From Gammaproteobacteria bacterium (GTDB taxonomy: Bacteria > Pseudomonadota > Gammaproteobacteria > Eutrophobiales > Eutrophobiaceae): a stretch of 64,000 nucleotides of DNA. Positions 54,378 through 64,000 of the stretch are shown piece after piece. The notes beneath the pieces were generated by a model that worked only from the letters and a program-made list of their open reading frames with translations, searched no databases and had not been told where the DNA came from. A program made the position numbers and the translations under genes. The first letter of the stretch is position 1; each line of letters starts with the position of its first letter. The stretch covers positions 558,151 through 622,150 of the forward strand of contig CBDCTH010000004.1 of the NCBI GenBank assembly GCA_965222155.1, in the 5' to 3' direction.

Positions 54378-55280
54378 ATGAGAACAACAACGTTTTTTCC
54401 ACTGGGCGCCATAGCCATCAGCATCATTTCATACCTGCATCCCGGATTGCTACTCCCTTTCAAGGGGTACATCGTTCCCCTGCTTGGCCTGGTCATGCTG
54501 GGTATGGGGATGACCTTGCACCCCGATGACTTCAGGAATGTGCTCAGAACGCCCAAACCGGTCACACTGGGCGTTGCCCTGCAGTTTATCCTGATGCCGT
54601 TCATGGCATGGTTGGTAGGTGAGTCCATGGGGTTGCCGCTGGAACTGGTACTGGGTATGGTGCTGGTGGGCTCATGCCCCGGGGGTACCGCATCCAATAT
54701 CATCTGCTACCTGGCAAAAGGCGAGGTTGCCGTATCCATTACCCTGACAGCCGTGTCCACACTGCTGGCGGTATTCCTGACGCCGCTGCTGACCTGGTTC
54801 TACATTGGACATAAAGTCCCAGTGCCGGTGCTGGCCATGATGCTGAATATTTTTACCATCATCTTGGCGCCGGTTACCCTGGGTGTGTTCATCAATTACC
54901 GTTTCGGTGACCGGGTACGGCTGCTCAAACGCATATTCCCCGGAGTATCCGTCGCCGCCGTCATCCTGATCATCGGCATCATCATTGCCAATACCCAGGC
55001 ACAACTGACCATGCTGGCAGCGCCGGTTATTGCTGCGGTGTGCCTGCATAATTTATCCGGGTTGGCCGGCGGCTATTGCCTGGCATGGTTGTTCGGTTGT
55101 GACGAACGCATCCGCCGCACCCTTGCCATTGAAGTGGGAATGCAGAATTCCGGTCTCGCTATCGCCCTGGTGGAACTGGCGAAATTTCCGCTGATTGCTG
55201 CGCTGCCCGGCGCCATATTCAGTATCTGGCACAATATCAGCGGATCAATCCTGGCTGCCTGCTGGGGCAGGGGGAGATGA
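54378..55280 (+). CDS. Bile acid:sodium symporter family (PanS/YocS-like)
   Basis: MLGMGMTL, CPGGTASN, IEVGMQNSGLA, FSIWHN. Confidence 0.9.
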   Translation: MRTTTFFPLGAIAISIISYLHPGLLLPFKGYIVPLLGLVMLGMGMTLHPDDFRNVLRTPKPVTLGVALQFILMPFMAWLVGESMGLPLELVLGMVLVGSCPGGTASNIICYLAKGEVAVSITLTAVSTLLAVFLTPLLTWFYIGHKVPVPVLAMMLNIFTIILAPVTLGVFINYRFGDRVRLLKRIFPGVSVAAVILIIGIIIANTQAQLTMLAAPVIAAVCLHNLSGLAGGYCLAWLFGCDERIRRTLAIEVGMQNSGLAIALVELAKFPLIAALPGAIFSIWHNISGSILAACWGRGR

Positions 55281-55865
55281 TTAGCAACAAATCACTCTCT
55301 GCTCCGTTATAATCTTTTCTACCCTTATGTCTGTCTCAAAGGTGGGAATGGTTTCGACGATCTGGCATTCATAGCACAATGCCGTTCTTGCGCCGTGCGG
55401 ATGGGCGGCAAACCATTTGTCATAATAGCCTTTACCGAAGCCTATCCGTTTACCGTCCAGGGTAAAGCCGAGGCCCGGCGTAATACACAGGTCTACCCCG
55501 GATTGCCATTCGTCATCCGTGTCCGGCGTGAGTATGCCCAGTTGCCCGACCCGCAAATCCGCCCAGTCGGTGAAACGGACTGCGATCATTTTGTCATAAT
55601 TTATAATCCTGGGTACTACCACTGTTTTGCCCGATTGCCGCAGGCGATCAATGATGGGGTGGGTATTCACTTCGTCAGCCGCGGATATGTAACAGAATAT
55701 CGTATCGGCCTGCCCGATATCCGCCTGCAGGCGGACGTAAATAGCCTGGTCGAATTCAACTCGCCGTTCTCGTGCCATTGTGCGGCGATTTTGTTTCAGG
55801 CGCTCCCGCAGGAGCGCTTTTTGTTGAGTAAGAATTTGTTCAGCTCCTGTCTTGTCTGCAAGCAT
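55281..55865 (-). CDS. ygfA: 5-formyltetrahydrofolate cyclo-ligase
   Basis: KALLRE, PGLGF, RIGFGKGYYD, D..V..IITE. Confidence 0.9.
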   Translation of the reverse strand: MLADKTGAEQILTQQKALLRERLKQNRRTMARERRVEFDQAIYVRLQADIGQADTIFCYISAADEVNTHPIIDRLRQSGKTVVVPRIINYDKMIAVRFTDWADLRVGQLGILTPDTDDEWQSGVDLCITPGLGFTLDGKRIGFGKGYYDKWFAAHPHGARTALCYECQIVETIPTFETDIRVEKIITEQRVICC

Positions 55866-55892
55866 GCGGTTCTCAAATCCCTGTTGCGGCAA

Positions 55893-56045
55893 GTAGCCGG
55901 GGATCTCCCAAATCCCGCGTTAGAGATTTGAAACGGGCATTCAAGGCGCATTCTGCCTGTTTGTAGTGCCTTACTCAATAGCAAGGCACCCTTGTATCGG
56001 GTAGGTTATCGCGCGCTCATGCCGGATTTGGACCATGCCGGGCAG
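55893..56045 (-). ncRNA. Candidate divergent 6S RNA-like rod structure
   Basis: Long irregular self-complementarity with apical gtgcctt/aaggcac hairpin and CCTTGAA..TTCAA motif; directly upstream of ygfA. Confidence 0.4.
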
Positions 56046-56154
56046 ATGAACGTGGACGGGGAAAATACTCCTGTTGGAAAACACTGAAATTTGTTGTACA
56101 TTGGCTATTCTGTTATTCTTGAACACTACCTGAACTGAAAAGGAGGAAGTCATC

Positions 56155-56775
56155 ATGGAAAATGAACTACATCGAGCACCTGCCACCCCTGAAGAAATCT
56201 GGGCTATCCTGCGAGAGGTCTCCGAGAAGCAAAAAGAATCGCGGAGAATAGCTGACCTTGAAATGGAGGAGCTTCGTGAACGGATGAAAGAGACCGACCG
56301 GCAAATGAAGGAAACCGACCGGCGCATCGATAAGCGGATGAAGAAGCTGGAAGGGTTGTTTACAACGCAGTGGGGCAAGCTGATGGAAAGTCTGGTGGAG
56401 GGGGACCTGGTGGCGCTGTTGCAGGCGCGCGGCATCCGGGTGGAGTCCACCTATCCGCGGGTGAAGGGTCGGCGCAATGGCGAGCATTATGAGTTTGACA
56501 TCCTGGCCGGGAACGGGGCGGAGCTGGTGGTGGTGGAGGTGAAGACCACGTTGAACGTCAAACACGTGAAGCGGTTTCTGGCCAAGCTGGGGAGGTTTAT
56601 GGAGTATCAACCGGTGTACCGGGGCAAGCAGGTCTACGGTGCAGTGGCGTATTTGCAGGCAGAGCAGGCCGCGGAGGTGTATGCACAGCGGCAGGGGTTG
56701 TATGTCATCCGGGCCACCGGCAGCAGTGCCAGTATCATCAATGATACGGACTTTACGCCCCGGGTGTTTGACTGA
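56155..56775 (+). CDS. Coiled-coil plus PD-(D/E)XK nuclease-fold protein (DUF3782-like)
   Basis: KETDR repeats, WGKLME, EFDILA, VEVK; SD AGGAGG. Confidence 0.78.
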   Translation: MENELHRAPATPEEIWAILREVSEKQKESRRIADLEMEELRERMKETDRQMKETDRRIDKRMKKLEGLFTTQWGKLMESLVEGDLVALLQARGIRVESTYPRVKGRRNGEHYEFDILAGNGAELVVVEVKTTLNVKHVKRFLAKLGRFMEYQPVYRGKQVYGAVAYLQAEQAAEVYAQRQGLYVIRATGSSASIINDTDFTPRVFD

Positions 56776-56812
56776 AACAGGGAAACATGCCCCCCTATGG
56801 TCAGGGGAACCT

Positions 56813-56838
56813 GGGGGACAGATTTAAATCTGTCCCCC
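56813..56838. repeat. Family E perfect 26-bp palindrome
   Basis: gggggacagatttaaatctgtccccc. Confidence 0.75.
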
Positions 56839-56993
56839 TGTCTTCGACTATAATCACTGTATTGACCTCGATTTAGCGGGAATGGCTGGGGGGATCTAAA
56901 ATTCATTTTCATTTTTTGGAAAAAACCGTACAATACTCTATTTTTTCCGTCGTATAACTGAACCAGCCGTTTGGCCGGTACAAGGTTTATTTT

Positions 56994-57254
56994 ATGGTAA
57001 CAATTCGATTAGCACGAGCAGGCGCGAAGAAAAGGCCTTTTTATCATATAGTTGCAACCGATTCACGCAATCCGCGCGACGGCAGGTATATAGAAAGGCT
57101 GGGTTATTTCAACCCGATAGCGACCGGTCGGGAACAAAGATTGAGTCTGGAACAGGAACGGGTTGACTATTGGCTGTCCCAGGGGGCGCAACCCTCTGAG
57201 CGCGTGGCCGGCTTAATCAAGATTAACGCTGGAAATAAAGCCAAGCCGGACTGA
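56994..57254 (+). CDS. rpsP: 30S ribosomal protein S16
   Basis: [24 protein letters not shown]. Confidence 0.98.
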   Translation: MVTIRLARAGAKKRPFYHIVATDSRNPRDGRYIERLGYFNPIATGREQRLSLEQERVDYWLSQGAQPSERVAGLIKINAGNKAKPD

Positions 57255-57259
57255 TTTTC

Positions 57260-57796
57260 ATGCTAGGGCCTGCTGGCAACGAGCCGGGAAAACGGGTCAT
57301 CATCGGCAAGATATCCGGCGTACACGGGGTACACGGCTGGCTGAAGGTATTCTCCTACACGGAACCCAGGGAAAATATCTTTTCGTATCACCCCTGGCTG
57401 CTGGGAGAAGGCAAGAAAAATGCCGGCGGCACATGGACTGAAGTCGAGTTTGTCGAGTGGGGAAAAAGCGGGAAAACCCTGCTGGTTAAATTTCCCGGGG
57501 TCGAAGACAGGGAAACAGCGGATAAATTGATTGGTTGTCCGGTTGCCGTGCAGCGCGAACGCCTGCCGGAACCGGCGTCGGGAGAATATTACTGGGCTGA
57601 CTTGCTGCACATGGAGGTTGTCGCGCTGTCGGGCAAGCGCCTGGGCAGGGTTGTCGACATCCGTGCGACCGGCTCCAATGACGTGTTGGTGGTGGAGGGT
57701 GGAAAGCGCTGTTCAATCCCGTTCGTCATGGATGAAGTAATCAGGCAAGTAGACCTGGAAGGCGCAATCATCACGGTGGACTGGGAATGGGATTAG
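57260..57796 (+). CDS. rimM: Ribosome maturation factor RimM
   Basis: [28 protein letters not shown]. Confidence 0.95.
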   Translation: MLGPAGNEPGKRVIIGKISGVHGVHGWLKVFSYTEPRENIFSYHPWLLGEGKKNAGGTWTEVEFVEWGKSGKTLLVKFPGVEDRETADKLIGCPVAVQRERLPEPASGEYYWADLLHMEVVALSGKRLGRVVDIRATGSNDVLVVEGGKRCSIPFVMDEVIRQVDLEGAIITVDWEWD

Positions 57797-58536
57797 CAGT
57801 CTGCGTGGTGACGTTGTTTCCAGAGATGTTTGCTGCGGTCAGCGACTATGGGATTACCGGAAAAGCCGGCAGGTCAGGACTGTTGCAAATCAGCACGGTT
57901 AATCCGCGGGATTATGCGACAGATCGCCACCGTAGTGTGGATGACAGGCCCTATGGCGGCGGTCCGGGCATGGTGATGATGGCGCAGCCGTTGCTGGCTG
58001 CCATCCGCTCTGCCAGGAAGACGTTGCCGGGGGCCGTGGTAGCCTATCTGTCCCCCCAGGGGAAACGGCTTCGGCAGCAGGACGTCATAGCGTTTGCCGG
58101 CAGGGACTCATTAATCCTCGTGGCGGGCCGTTATGAAGGTGTTGATGAGCGGGTTATCGAGCTGGAGGTCGATGAGGAGTGGTCCATCGGTGATTACGTG
58201 CTCAGCGGTGGTGAACTTCCTGCCATGGTATTGATTGACGCGGTAGCAAGGTGTCTGCCCGGGGTCTTGGGAAATGAACAATCCGCAGCGGAAGATTCCT
58301 TTTTCCGGGGGATACTGGATTGTCCCCATTACACCCGGCCCGAGCAGGTTGCCGGTCGGTCGGTGGCATCGGTATTACTCAGCGGCGACCATGACGCGAT
58401 ACGTAAATGGCGCCTGAAACAGGCGCTGGGGCGCACCTGGGAACGGCGTCCGGAGCTGCTGGAAGCATTGTCTCTGGATACTGAACAAAAGGCGCTGCTG
58501 GATGAATACATAAGAGAAGAACGGGATAATGAATGA
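57787..58536 (+). CDS. trmD: tRNA (guanine-N1)-methyltransferase
   Basis: [31 protein letters not shown]. Confidence 0.97.
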   Translation: MGLAVCVVTLFPEMFAAVSDYGITGKAGRSGLLQISTVNPRDYATDRHRSVDDRPYGGGPGMVMMAQPLLAAIRSARKTLPGAVVAYLSPQGKRLRQQDVIAFAGRDSLILVAGRYEGVDERVIELEVDEEWSIGDYVLSGGELPAMVLIDAVARCLPGVLGNEQSAAEDSFFRGILDCPHYTRPEQVAGRSVASVLLSGDHDAIRKWRLKQALGRTWERRPELLEALSLDTEQKALLDEYIREERDNE

Positions 58537-58542
58537 CTTAAG

Positions 58543-58925
58543 CCCGGATTTCTCACCAGGCGATGCGATGATTGCGCCGGATTTTTCCCGCCAGTGGGAG
58601 CCTGCGACCGAAAGCATAGCCGTAGTTGATGTGCGCCCTCCATGGCGCACACCCTGCGGGCATCCTTCGGATGTCCAAATCTGCTCCAGGCAGATTTGTC
58701 TGGTTGAGGGACAAATTGTCAGGACAGACAATTTGCACGGCGACAGCCGCCCGCAGGGTTGCGCCCAGAGATGGGCGCAATGAACACGTGCCCACTGGCG
58801 GGAAAAAGACAAGCAAGGGCGCATCAAGCGCAATCTGTTATAACGTGATGATGAACATATCATCATAAATTGTTGATAGCAAAAACCTAGCAGAAGGTAA
58901 CAAGCGGCCTGGTGAGAAATCCGGG
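58543..58925 (+). mobile_element. Family A element, copy A6 (trmD-rplS junction), with two nested X modules
   Basis: Terminal IR; inserts ~58629-58700 (reverse) and ~58710-58781. Confidence 0.85.
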
Positions 58926-58943
58926 CATATGAGGTCTATAACC

Positions 58944-59300
58944 ATGGTAAATATTATTGAGCAACTCGAAGCTGAGCAATGCAACCGGGACATCCCGGAA
59001 TTTCATCCCGGTGATACAGTTATTGTGCAGGTTAAGGTAGTGGAAGGTCAGCGGGAGCGGTTACAGGCGTTTGAGGGCACGGTAATTGCCAAGAAGAATC
59101 GGGGGCTTAATTCCTCATTTACGGTGCGTAAAATTTCTTATGGCGAAGGCGTGGAACGGGTATTCCAGACCTACAGCCCGAGTATCGCCGACATCTCCGT
59201 GAAACGGCGCGGGGACGTCAGCAGGGCAAAGCTGTATTACATGCGCAGCCGACGCGGCAAGGCAGCCAGGATAAAGGAAAAAATCAGGCCGTCATCCTGA
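58944..59300 (+). CDS. rplS: 50S ribosomal protein L19
   Basis: [26 protein letters not shown]; SD GAGG at 58931. Confidence 0.97.
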   Translation: MVNIIEQLEAEQCNRDIPEFHPGDTVIVQVKVVEGQRERLQAFEGTVIAKKNRGLNSSFTVRKISYGEGVERVFQTYSPSIADISVKRRGDVSRAKLYYMRSRRGKAARIKEKIRPSS

Positions 59301-59321
59301 AGTTCTTTTGCCACTGATTGT

Positions 59322-59455
59322 TAAGCCACAGAGGACACAGAGAACACAGAGTGGAACGTGAAAGCCGGCAGGCTTGGCGCAAAAAATATTGAAAACTCTA
59401 TGTTCTCAGTGCGCTCTGGCGTTTATATTGTTTTATCTGTGTCATCTGTGGCTTA
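59322..59455. repeat. Family B inverted repeat, copy B7
   Basis: taagccacagaggacacagagaacacagag ... tctgtgtcatctgtggctta. Confidence 0.85.
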
Positions 59456-59475
59456 TATAATTGTGATTGTGGATT

Positions 59476-60384
59476 GTGTCTGATAAAGAGGCCGCTATTC
59501 GACAGTCTGCAGCTGTAATTGACCAGTTTCTGGATGCCCTGTGGCTGGAGCGGGGTCTGAGTGAAAATACCTTAAGCGCCTACCGTAACGACCTTAATTC
59601 ATACTCGAACTGGTTGATAGCAAGCTCCACTGACTTGCTGCAGTCCCGGCCCGAGGATATCCTGGGCTACCTGGCCTCGTTAAACAACAAATCCGCCCGT
59701 ACCAGCGCGCGCCGCCTGTCCTCCCTGCGCCGCTTCTTCCAATACCTGGCCAGGGAAGGGCACATCAACCATGACCCCAGCGTCCGAATTGCAGCGCCGC
59801 GCATTGGCCGGCCTTTGCCGAAATCATTGACTGAGGCGGAAGTGGAGGGATTGCTGGATGCACCGGACACCTCCACAGCCATCGGCCAGCGCGACCGGGC
59901 GATGCTGGAAGTGCTATATGCAACCGGGCTGAGAGTATCGGAACTGGTCAGCCTGCAACTTGGCCAGGTGAATTTAAGGCAAGGCGTGATACGGGTCATC
60001 GGCAAGGGCAACAAGGAACGTCTGGTACCGTTGGGGGAAGAAGCGGCCGATTGGCTGGAAAAATTCATCCGTCAGGGCCGCGCCGAACTGTTACGGGGGC
60101 CGCCCGTGGCAACATTGTTTCCCAGCCGCCGCGGCTGCACGATGACGCGCCAGAATTTCTGGCACGCGCTGAGACGCCATGCCGCCCAGGCGGGTATTAC
60201 CAAGACGCTTTCACCGCACGTAATCAGGCATGCGTTTGCCACCCACCTGCTGAATCACGGCGCTGATTTGCGCGTGGTGCAGATGTTGCTGGGTCACAGT
60301 GATATCTCGACAACACAGATCTACACCCACGTTGCCAGGGAACGGCTGAAGAGCCTTCATGCAGAACACCATCCGCGGGGGTGA
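59476..60384 (+). CDS. xerD: Tyrosine recombinase XerD
   Basis: WLERGLSENT, GLRVSEL, HVIRHAFATHLLNHGADLR; upstream of dsbC; start uncertain. Confidence 0.95.
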   Translation: MSDKEAAIRQSAAVIDQFLDALWLERGLSENTLSAYRNDLNSYSNWLIASSTDLLQSRPEDILGYLASLNNKSARTSARRLSSLRRFFQYLAREGHINHDPSVRIAAPRIGRPLPKSLTEAEVEGLLDAPDTSTAIGQRDRAMLEVLYATGLRVSELVSLQLGQVNLRQGVIRVIGKGNKERLVPLGEEAADWLEKFIRQGRAELLRGPPVATLFPSRRGCTMTRQNFWHALRRHAAQAGITKTLSPHVIRHAFATHLLNHGADLRVVQMLLGHSDISTTQIYTHVARERLKSLHAEHHPRG

Positions 60385-60538
60385 ATTTCCTTTTTTATAC
60401 TCAGAATGTGAATTTTCTCACATTCATTCGAAGCTGGTCAGTGTTAAGCTTTTCCTTCTATATACCGCTGAGATTAGTTATCGGGAAATAACGTGTCAGG
60501 GTCGGTATTCCAGGATGTCGTATAAATGGATAGTTACC

Positions 60539-60766
60539 GTGTCGGAAAAAGACAAAATCAAAGAGGAGATAGGTTGGCTTAAAATACTGTTAGGCCTGTT
60601 GGTAGCCGTCAATATTCCACTGGTCGCTTGGATAGCTGGAAATTTTACTACTGCGCCGTTGATATTCAGCCTGACAGGGGTCATCCTGGCAGTTCTGTTT
60701 ATCTGTGCTATGATTATAGTCAACTTCCTGGCATACAGGGCAATTAGAAAGTTAGGAGAACTCTGA
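60539..60766 (+). CDS. Small two-TM membrane protein
   Basis: SEKDKIKEEIGWLK followed by two hydrophobic helices; start uncertain (GTG 60539 or ATG upstream). Confidence 0.6.
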   Translation: MSEKDKIKEEIGWLKILLGLLVAVNIPLVAWIAGNFTTAPLIFSLTGVILAVLFICAMIIVNFLAYRAIRKLGEL

Positions 60767-60927
60767 TGAGTGAAATTTTAACAGCTGAAATGATGCTCAT
60801 TTTTGTATTTTTGGTATCTATGTTTGCCGTATGCATGATAATCTGGGAGGCATTTTATTTTGAACGACGTGGTTCTCTGAAGAAAAAAACCGGCGCAGAA
60901 ACGAGACACCTTGAAACAAACAATTGA
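60766..60927 (+). CDS. 53-aa single-TM protein (not in the ORF track)
   Basis: TGATG coupling, SD AGGAG; MSEILTAEMMLIFVFLVSMFAVCMIIWEAFYFERRGSLKKK... Confidence 0.55.
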   Translation: MSEILTAEMMLIFVFLVSMFAVCMIIWEAFYFERRGSLKKKTGAETRHLETNN

Positions 60928-60977
60928 GCCATTTCCTGTCACGATATTATTGATGAAATAAGCAGGAACTGAAAAAC

Positions 60978-61697
60978 GTGAAACTTAGATTGATATTATT
61001 TTTAACTGCGCTGCTGTCTGTTATCGGAACAAACGCCGACCCGGACCAGGACAGCCTGTTACGCAAGGCAATCAGTGATGTTTTCCCGGACGTTGAGATC
61101 ACCCGAGTCAGGCCGGCGCCCATCCCCGGGCTGTACGAAGTCATGCTCGGCACGGATATGATCTACCTGAGCGAAGACGGCCGCTATATCCTGCAGGGGG
61201 ACCTGATCGACCTGGGTGACGGGATTAATCTGAGTGAACAAGAACGCGCGTCCGCCAGAAAAAAAATACTGGAAAGTGTCCCTGCAAGCGAGACCATAGA
61301 CTTTGCTCCGCTGGCTGAACAGCATACTGTCTATGTTTTCACGGATATTACCTGCGGCTATTGCCGGCGTTTCCACAGCGACATGGCGGAGTTGAACGAT
61401 AAGGGCGTGGCTGTCAGGTACCTGGCCTTTCCGCGCGCCGGTATTGATTCTGAGTCCTTCAAGGACATGGAATCAGTCTGGTGCGCCGCAGACCAGAATG
61501 CGGCCATGACCCTGGCCAAGCAGGGCGAGCAAGTAACGCCGGCACAATGCGATAACCCGGTGCAGCGGCAATATGAACTCGGAGAATCCCTGGGAGTGAG
61601 GGGAACGCCCGCCATTTACCTGGAAAACGGCCAGGAATTGCCCGGGTACGTCCCGCCCGACATGCTCCTGCAGGCGCTGAACCAGTATCCCGATTAA
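60978..61697 (+). CDS. dsbC: Thiol:disulfide isomerase DsbC
   Basis: Signal peptide, FTDITCGYC, YLAFPR, GTP. Confidence 0.94.
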   Translation: MKLRLILFLTALLSVIGTNADPDQDSLLRKAISDVFPDVEITRVRPAPIPGLYEVMLGTDMIYLSEDGRYILQGDLIDLGDGINLSEQERASARKKILESVPASETIDFAPLAEQHTVYVFTDITCGYCRRFHSDMAELNDKGVAVRYLAFPRAGIDSESFKDMESVWCAADQNAAMTLAKQGEQVTPAQCDNPVQRQYELGESLGVRGTPAIYLENGQELPGYVPPDMLLQALNQYPD

Positions 61698-61739
61698 AGC
61701 ATTTCTCTTCCCCTCGCATAAGAGGGTTTTGGGGACTGA

Positions 61740-62456
61740 TTAACGCTGTTGCAGTTCACCCTGCAAAGATTTGATCACCGCCACGGTGCTGCTGCCGTCC
61801 TTCTCCGTATGCTCTACCATTATCGGCAGAAACTCCAGGTCCGGCGCGCACCAGAACACCGATCTGCGGCCGCTGCCCGGTTTGTGCCTGAGCATTTTTA
61901 CGGTGTTGAAGCTGCCCAGGGGCGTGTCGATGGTTTCCTCACCCAGCTTCTCGAAACTGTAGGTCTTAATTCCGCCTCCATCGGCAATCAGGTAGGAAAC
62001 GGGCGTCTGTCCGTTTTGCAAATCGTACATGATGGCGAGCTGGTACAGCAGTTTGTCCATCACGGCCGGCTCTAACGGCATGTGCCAGAAATCGCCGTTG
62101 ATCGTATTTTTTATCTTATTGGTCTGCCAGTTGAACTCAATGGAGACATCACGTTTTTTCTTGTCGCCGGAGCGCTTGTAACTGTAGTAGTCCGGCCTGA
62201 GCAGACGTCCCTGGACCATCAGGTTGCTGGTCTCGACAATGCGCAGTTTTTTGAATATTGAGATAAGTCCGACCGTTTTCGTCTCGGAACGGTACTCATA
62301 ACTGTTATCGTCCAGTCTGGTCAGGCGCCGGATTACCTGTGCGGCTTTGGTATTGTTGGCGTACAGTGAATATTCCACTTCGAATGTGGGCAGGGCGGCA
62401 ACGGTTTCGGTCCGAATGGAGCCGGGTATCATGAGCACACAGAAAAAAAACAGCAT
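61740..62456 (-). CDS. DUF3108-like secreted protein
   Basis: D.L..QLAI..DL, GEETIDTPLG.F.TV, W.AP.L..LP; start uncertain. Confidence 0.75.
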   Translation of the reverse strand: MLFFFCVLMIPGSIRTETVAALPTFEVEYSLYANNTKAAQVIRRLTRLDDNSYEYRSETKTVGLISIFKKLRIVETSNLMVQGRLLRPDYYSYKRSGDKKKRDVSIEFNWQTNKIKNTINGDFWHMPLEPAVMDKLLYQLAIMYDLQNGQTPVSYLIADGGGIKTYSFEKLGEETIDTPLGSFNTVKMLRHKPGSGRRSVFWCAPDLEFLPIMVEHTEKDGSSTVAVIKSLQGELQQR

Positions 62457-62516
62457 TGTGAATAACCGGAGATCGCCTGTATAGTTAACCTGCCGAAAAT
62501 ATGGGTCTATCGGGAC

Positions 62517-63971
62517 ATGCAGATAACGCGAAAAATTTTTCATCCCAGCGCTCATGCGTCTATCCTGGTAGCAGGTGACATAATGCTCGACCGCTACGTG
62601 TATGGTGACGCCGACAGGATTTCACCGGAAGCGCCGGTCCCTGTGGTGAAGGTGGACAGGGTTGAAGAACGGCCGGGCGGCGCCGCAAATGTTGCAGCCA
62701 ATATCAGTTGCCTGGGGCTGAAAGTAAAACTGGCGGGCATTAGCGGAGATGACGAGCAAGCTGAGGTGTTGGAACAAGCATTAGCGGAGATGGGCGTTTG
62801 TTATCATTTTTATCGTCAACCAGATACTTCCACTATAACCAAACTTCGGGTTTTAAGTCAAAGCCAGCAATTGCTGCGTATGGATTACGAGGATGAATTC
62901 ACTGTGGCGGAAGCCGACGCGCTGGTGGGGATTTTCGCAGAGCAGATAAGCGACGCCAGTGTCGTCGTGTTATCTGATTACGCCAAAGGGAGCCTGGCCC
63001 GAATCCAGACCCTCATCAGTCTTGCTACGGAGCGTGATCTGCCAGTCATAATCGATCCGAAAGGCGCAGATTTTTCCCGCTATAAAAATGCCGCGGTATT
63101 GACGCCGAACTATGCGGAATTCGAGACTGTGGTGGGGAAATGCCGGAGTGAGGATGAGATAAATACAAAAGCCAGGGCCTTGTGTGAAGCACTGTCATTG
63201 AATGCCTTGCTCATCACCCGGGGCCATCGCGGAGTAACCTTTGTCGGCAGGACAGATCACGAAATTATCAATCTGCCGGCTGAGGCCCATGAGGTATTTG
63301 ATGTCACCGGCGCCGGTGATACGGTTATCGCGACTTTTTCGGCAGCCGTTGCCTCCGGCTATGGTTACCGGGATGCCGTCTGCTTCGCCAACAGGGCTGC
63401 CGGTATAGCCGTGGAGAAGCTGGGAGCGGCAACCGTCAGCGCCGTTGAATTGAATGCGCCCGCCAACCGTTCCGTTGTGAATACTGCCGAAAAATACATG
63501 CAGCTTGACGACCTGCTCGACGCACTCAGCCGCAGCAGGCGCATGGGAGAAAAAATCGTCATGACCAACGGTTGCTTTGATCTGCTGCATGCAGGTCACG
63601 TCGAATGCCTGGAGCAGGCCAGGGCGCTGGGTGACAGGCTGGTGGTCGCGGTGAATGATGACACTTCCGTGGCTAAGCTCAAAGGCGCGGGAAGACCGCT
63701 GCAGGACCTGGACAAACGCCTGAAGGTACTGGCGGGACTGGCTGCAGTAGACTGGCTGGTTGCATTTTCTGAGGATACACCGGAGCGACTGGTGGAATTG
63801 ATCAGCCCCGACCTGCTGGTCAAGGGCGGCGATTATAGCGTCGCTGAGATTGTCGGGGCCGAACATGTGAAAAAACAGGGAGGTGAAGTAAGAGTGCTGC
63901 CACTGGCAGACGGCTGCTCAACAAGCCTGATAGTGGATAAAATCAGAAATAGCGGCCGGGATTCAGCATGA
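62517..63971 (+). CDS. hldE: Bifunctional heptose 7-phosphate kinase/heptose 1-phosphate adenylyltransferase
   Basis: RISPEAPVPV, DVTGAGDT, NGCFDLLHAGH. Confidence 0.96.
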   Translation: MQITRKIFHPSAHASILVAGDIMLDRYVYGDADRISPEAPVPVVKVDRVEERPGGAANVAANISCLGLKVKLAGISGDDEQAEVLEQALAEMGVCYHFYRQPDTSTITKLRVLSQSQQLLRMDYEDEFTVAEADALVGIFAEQISDASVVVLSDYAKGSLARIQTLISLATERDLPVIIDPKGADFSRYKNAAVLTPNYAEFETVVGKCRSEDEINTKARALCEALSLNALLITRGHRGVTFVGRTDHEIINLPAEAHEVFDVTGAGDTVIATFSAAVASGYGYRDAVCFANRAAGIAVEKLGAATVSAVELNAPANRSVVNTAEKYMQLDDLLDALSRSRRMGEKIVMTNGCFDLLHAGHVECLEQARALGDRLVVAVNDDTSVAKLKGAGRPLQDLDKRLKVLAGLAAVDWLVAFSEDTPERLVELISPDLLVKGGDYSVAEIVGAEHVKKQGGEVRVLPLADGCSTSLIVDKIRNSGRDSA

Positions 63972-64000
63972 TCGTCGTGACCGGGGCAGCCGGGTTTATC
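63968..64000 (+). CDS. hldD: Start of ADP-glyceromanno-heptose 6-epimerase (truncated by window edge)
   Basis: MIVVTGAAGFI, ATGA overlap with hldE. Confidence 0.7.
   Translation, partial: MIVVTGAAGFI

Noticed and set aside
59476-60927. Integron or prophage integrase with cassettes
   Set aside because: The protein is canonical XerD in xerD-dsbC context and lacks the IntI insertion; no attC-like sites seen.

Overview
Core-genome region of a gammaproteobacterium. Gene order: pheT-ihfA-merR-tRNA-Pro, glmS, tolC, thiC, glnE, aas, mltD-rnhA-dnaQ, argD-argF, surE-pcm-nlpD-rpoS, adk-mrcB, tRNA-fMet-rimP-nusA-infB-rbfA-truB-rpsO-pnp, metA, rpsP-rimM-trmD-rplS-xerD-dsbC, hldE-hldD. A small accessory islet at about 49.8-52.3 kb holds an RM remnant, VapBC and RhuM/Fic. 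The main unusual signal is non-coding. Many intergenic spaces, including junctions inside essential translation operons, are filled by palindromic elements from about 7 families, and the window has no transposase. Family A (6 copies, 238-383 bp) shows copy-specific compensatory changes in three stems, G.U-type mismatches on one strand and a conserved IHF-like motif. All 6 copies lie in the sense orientation (5 directly after stop codons), and some carry nested smaller hairpin modules. All calls were made by eye from the sequence and ORF track; no searches were run, and family names are recalled, not database hits.
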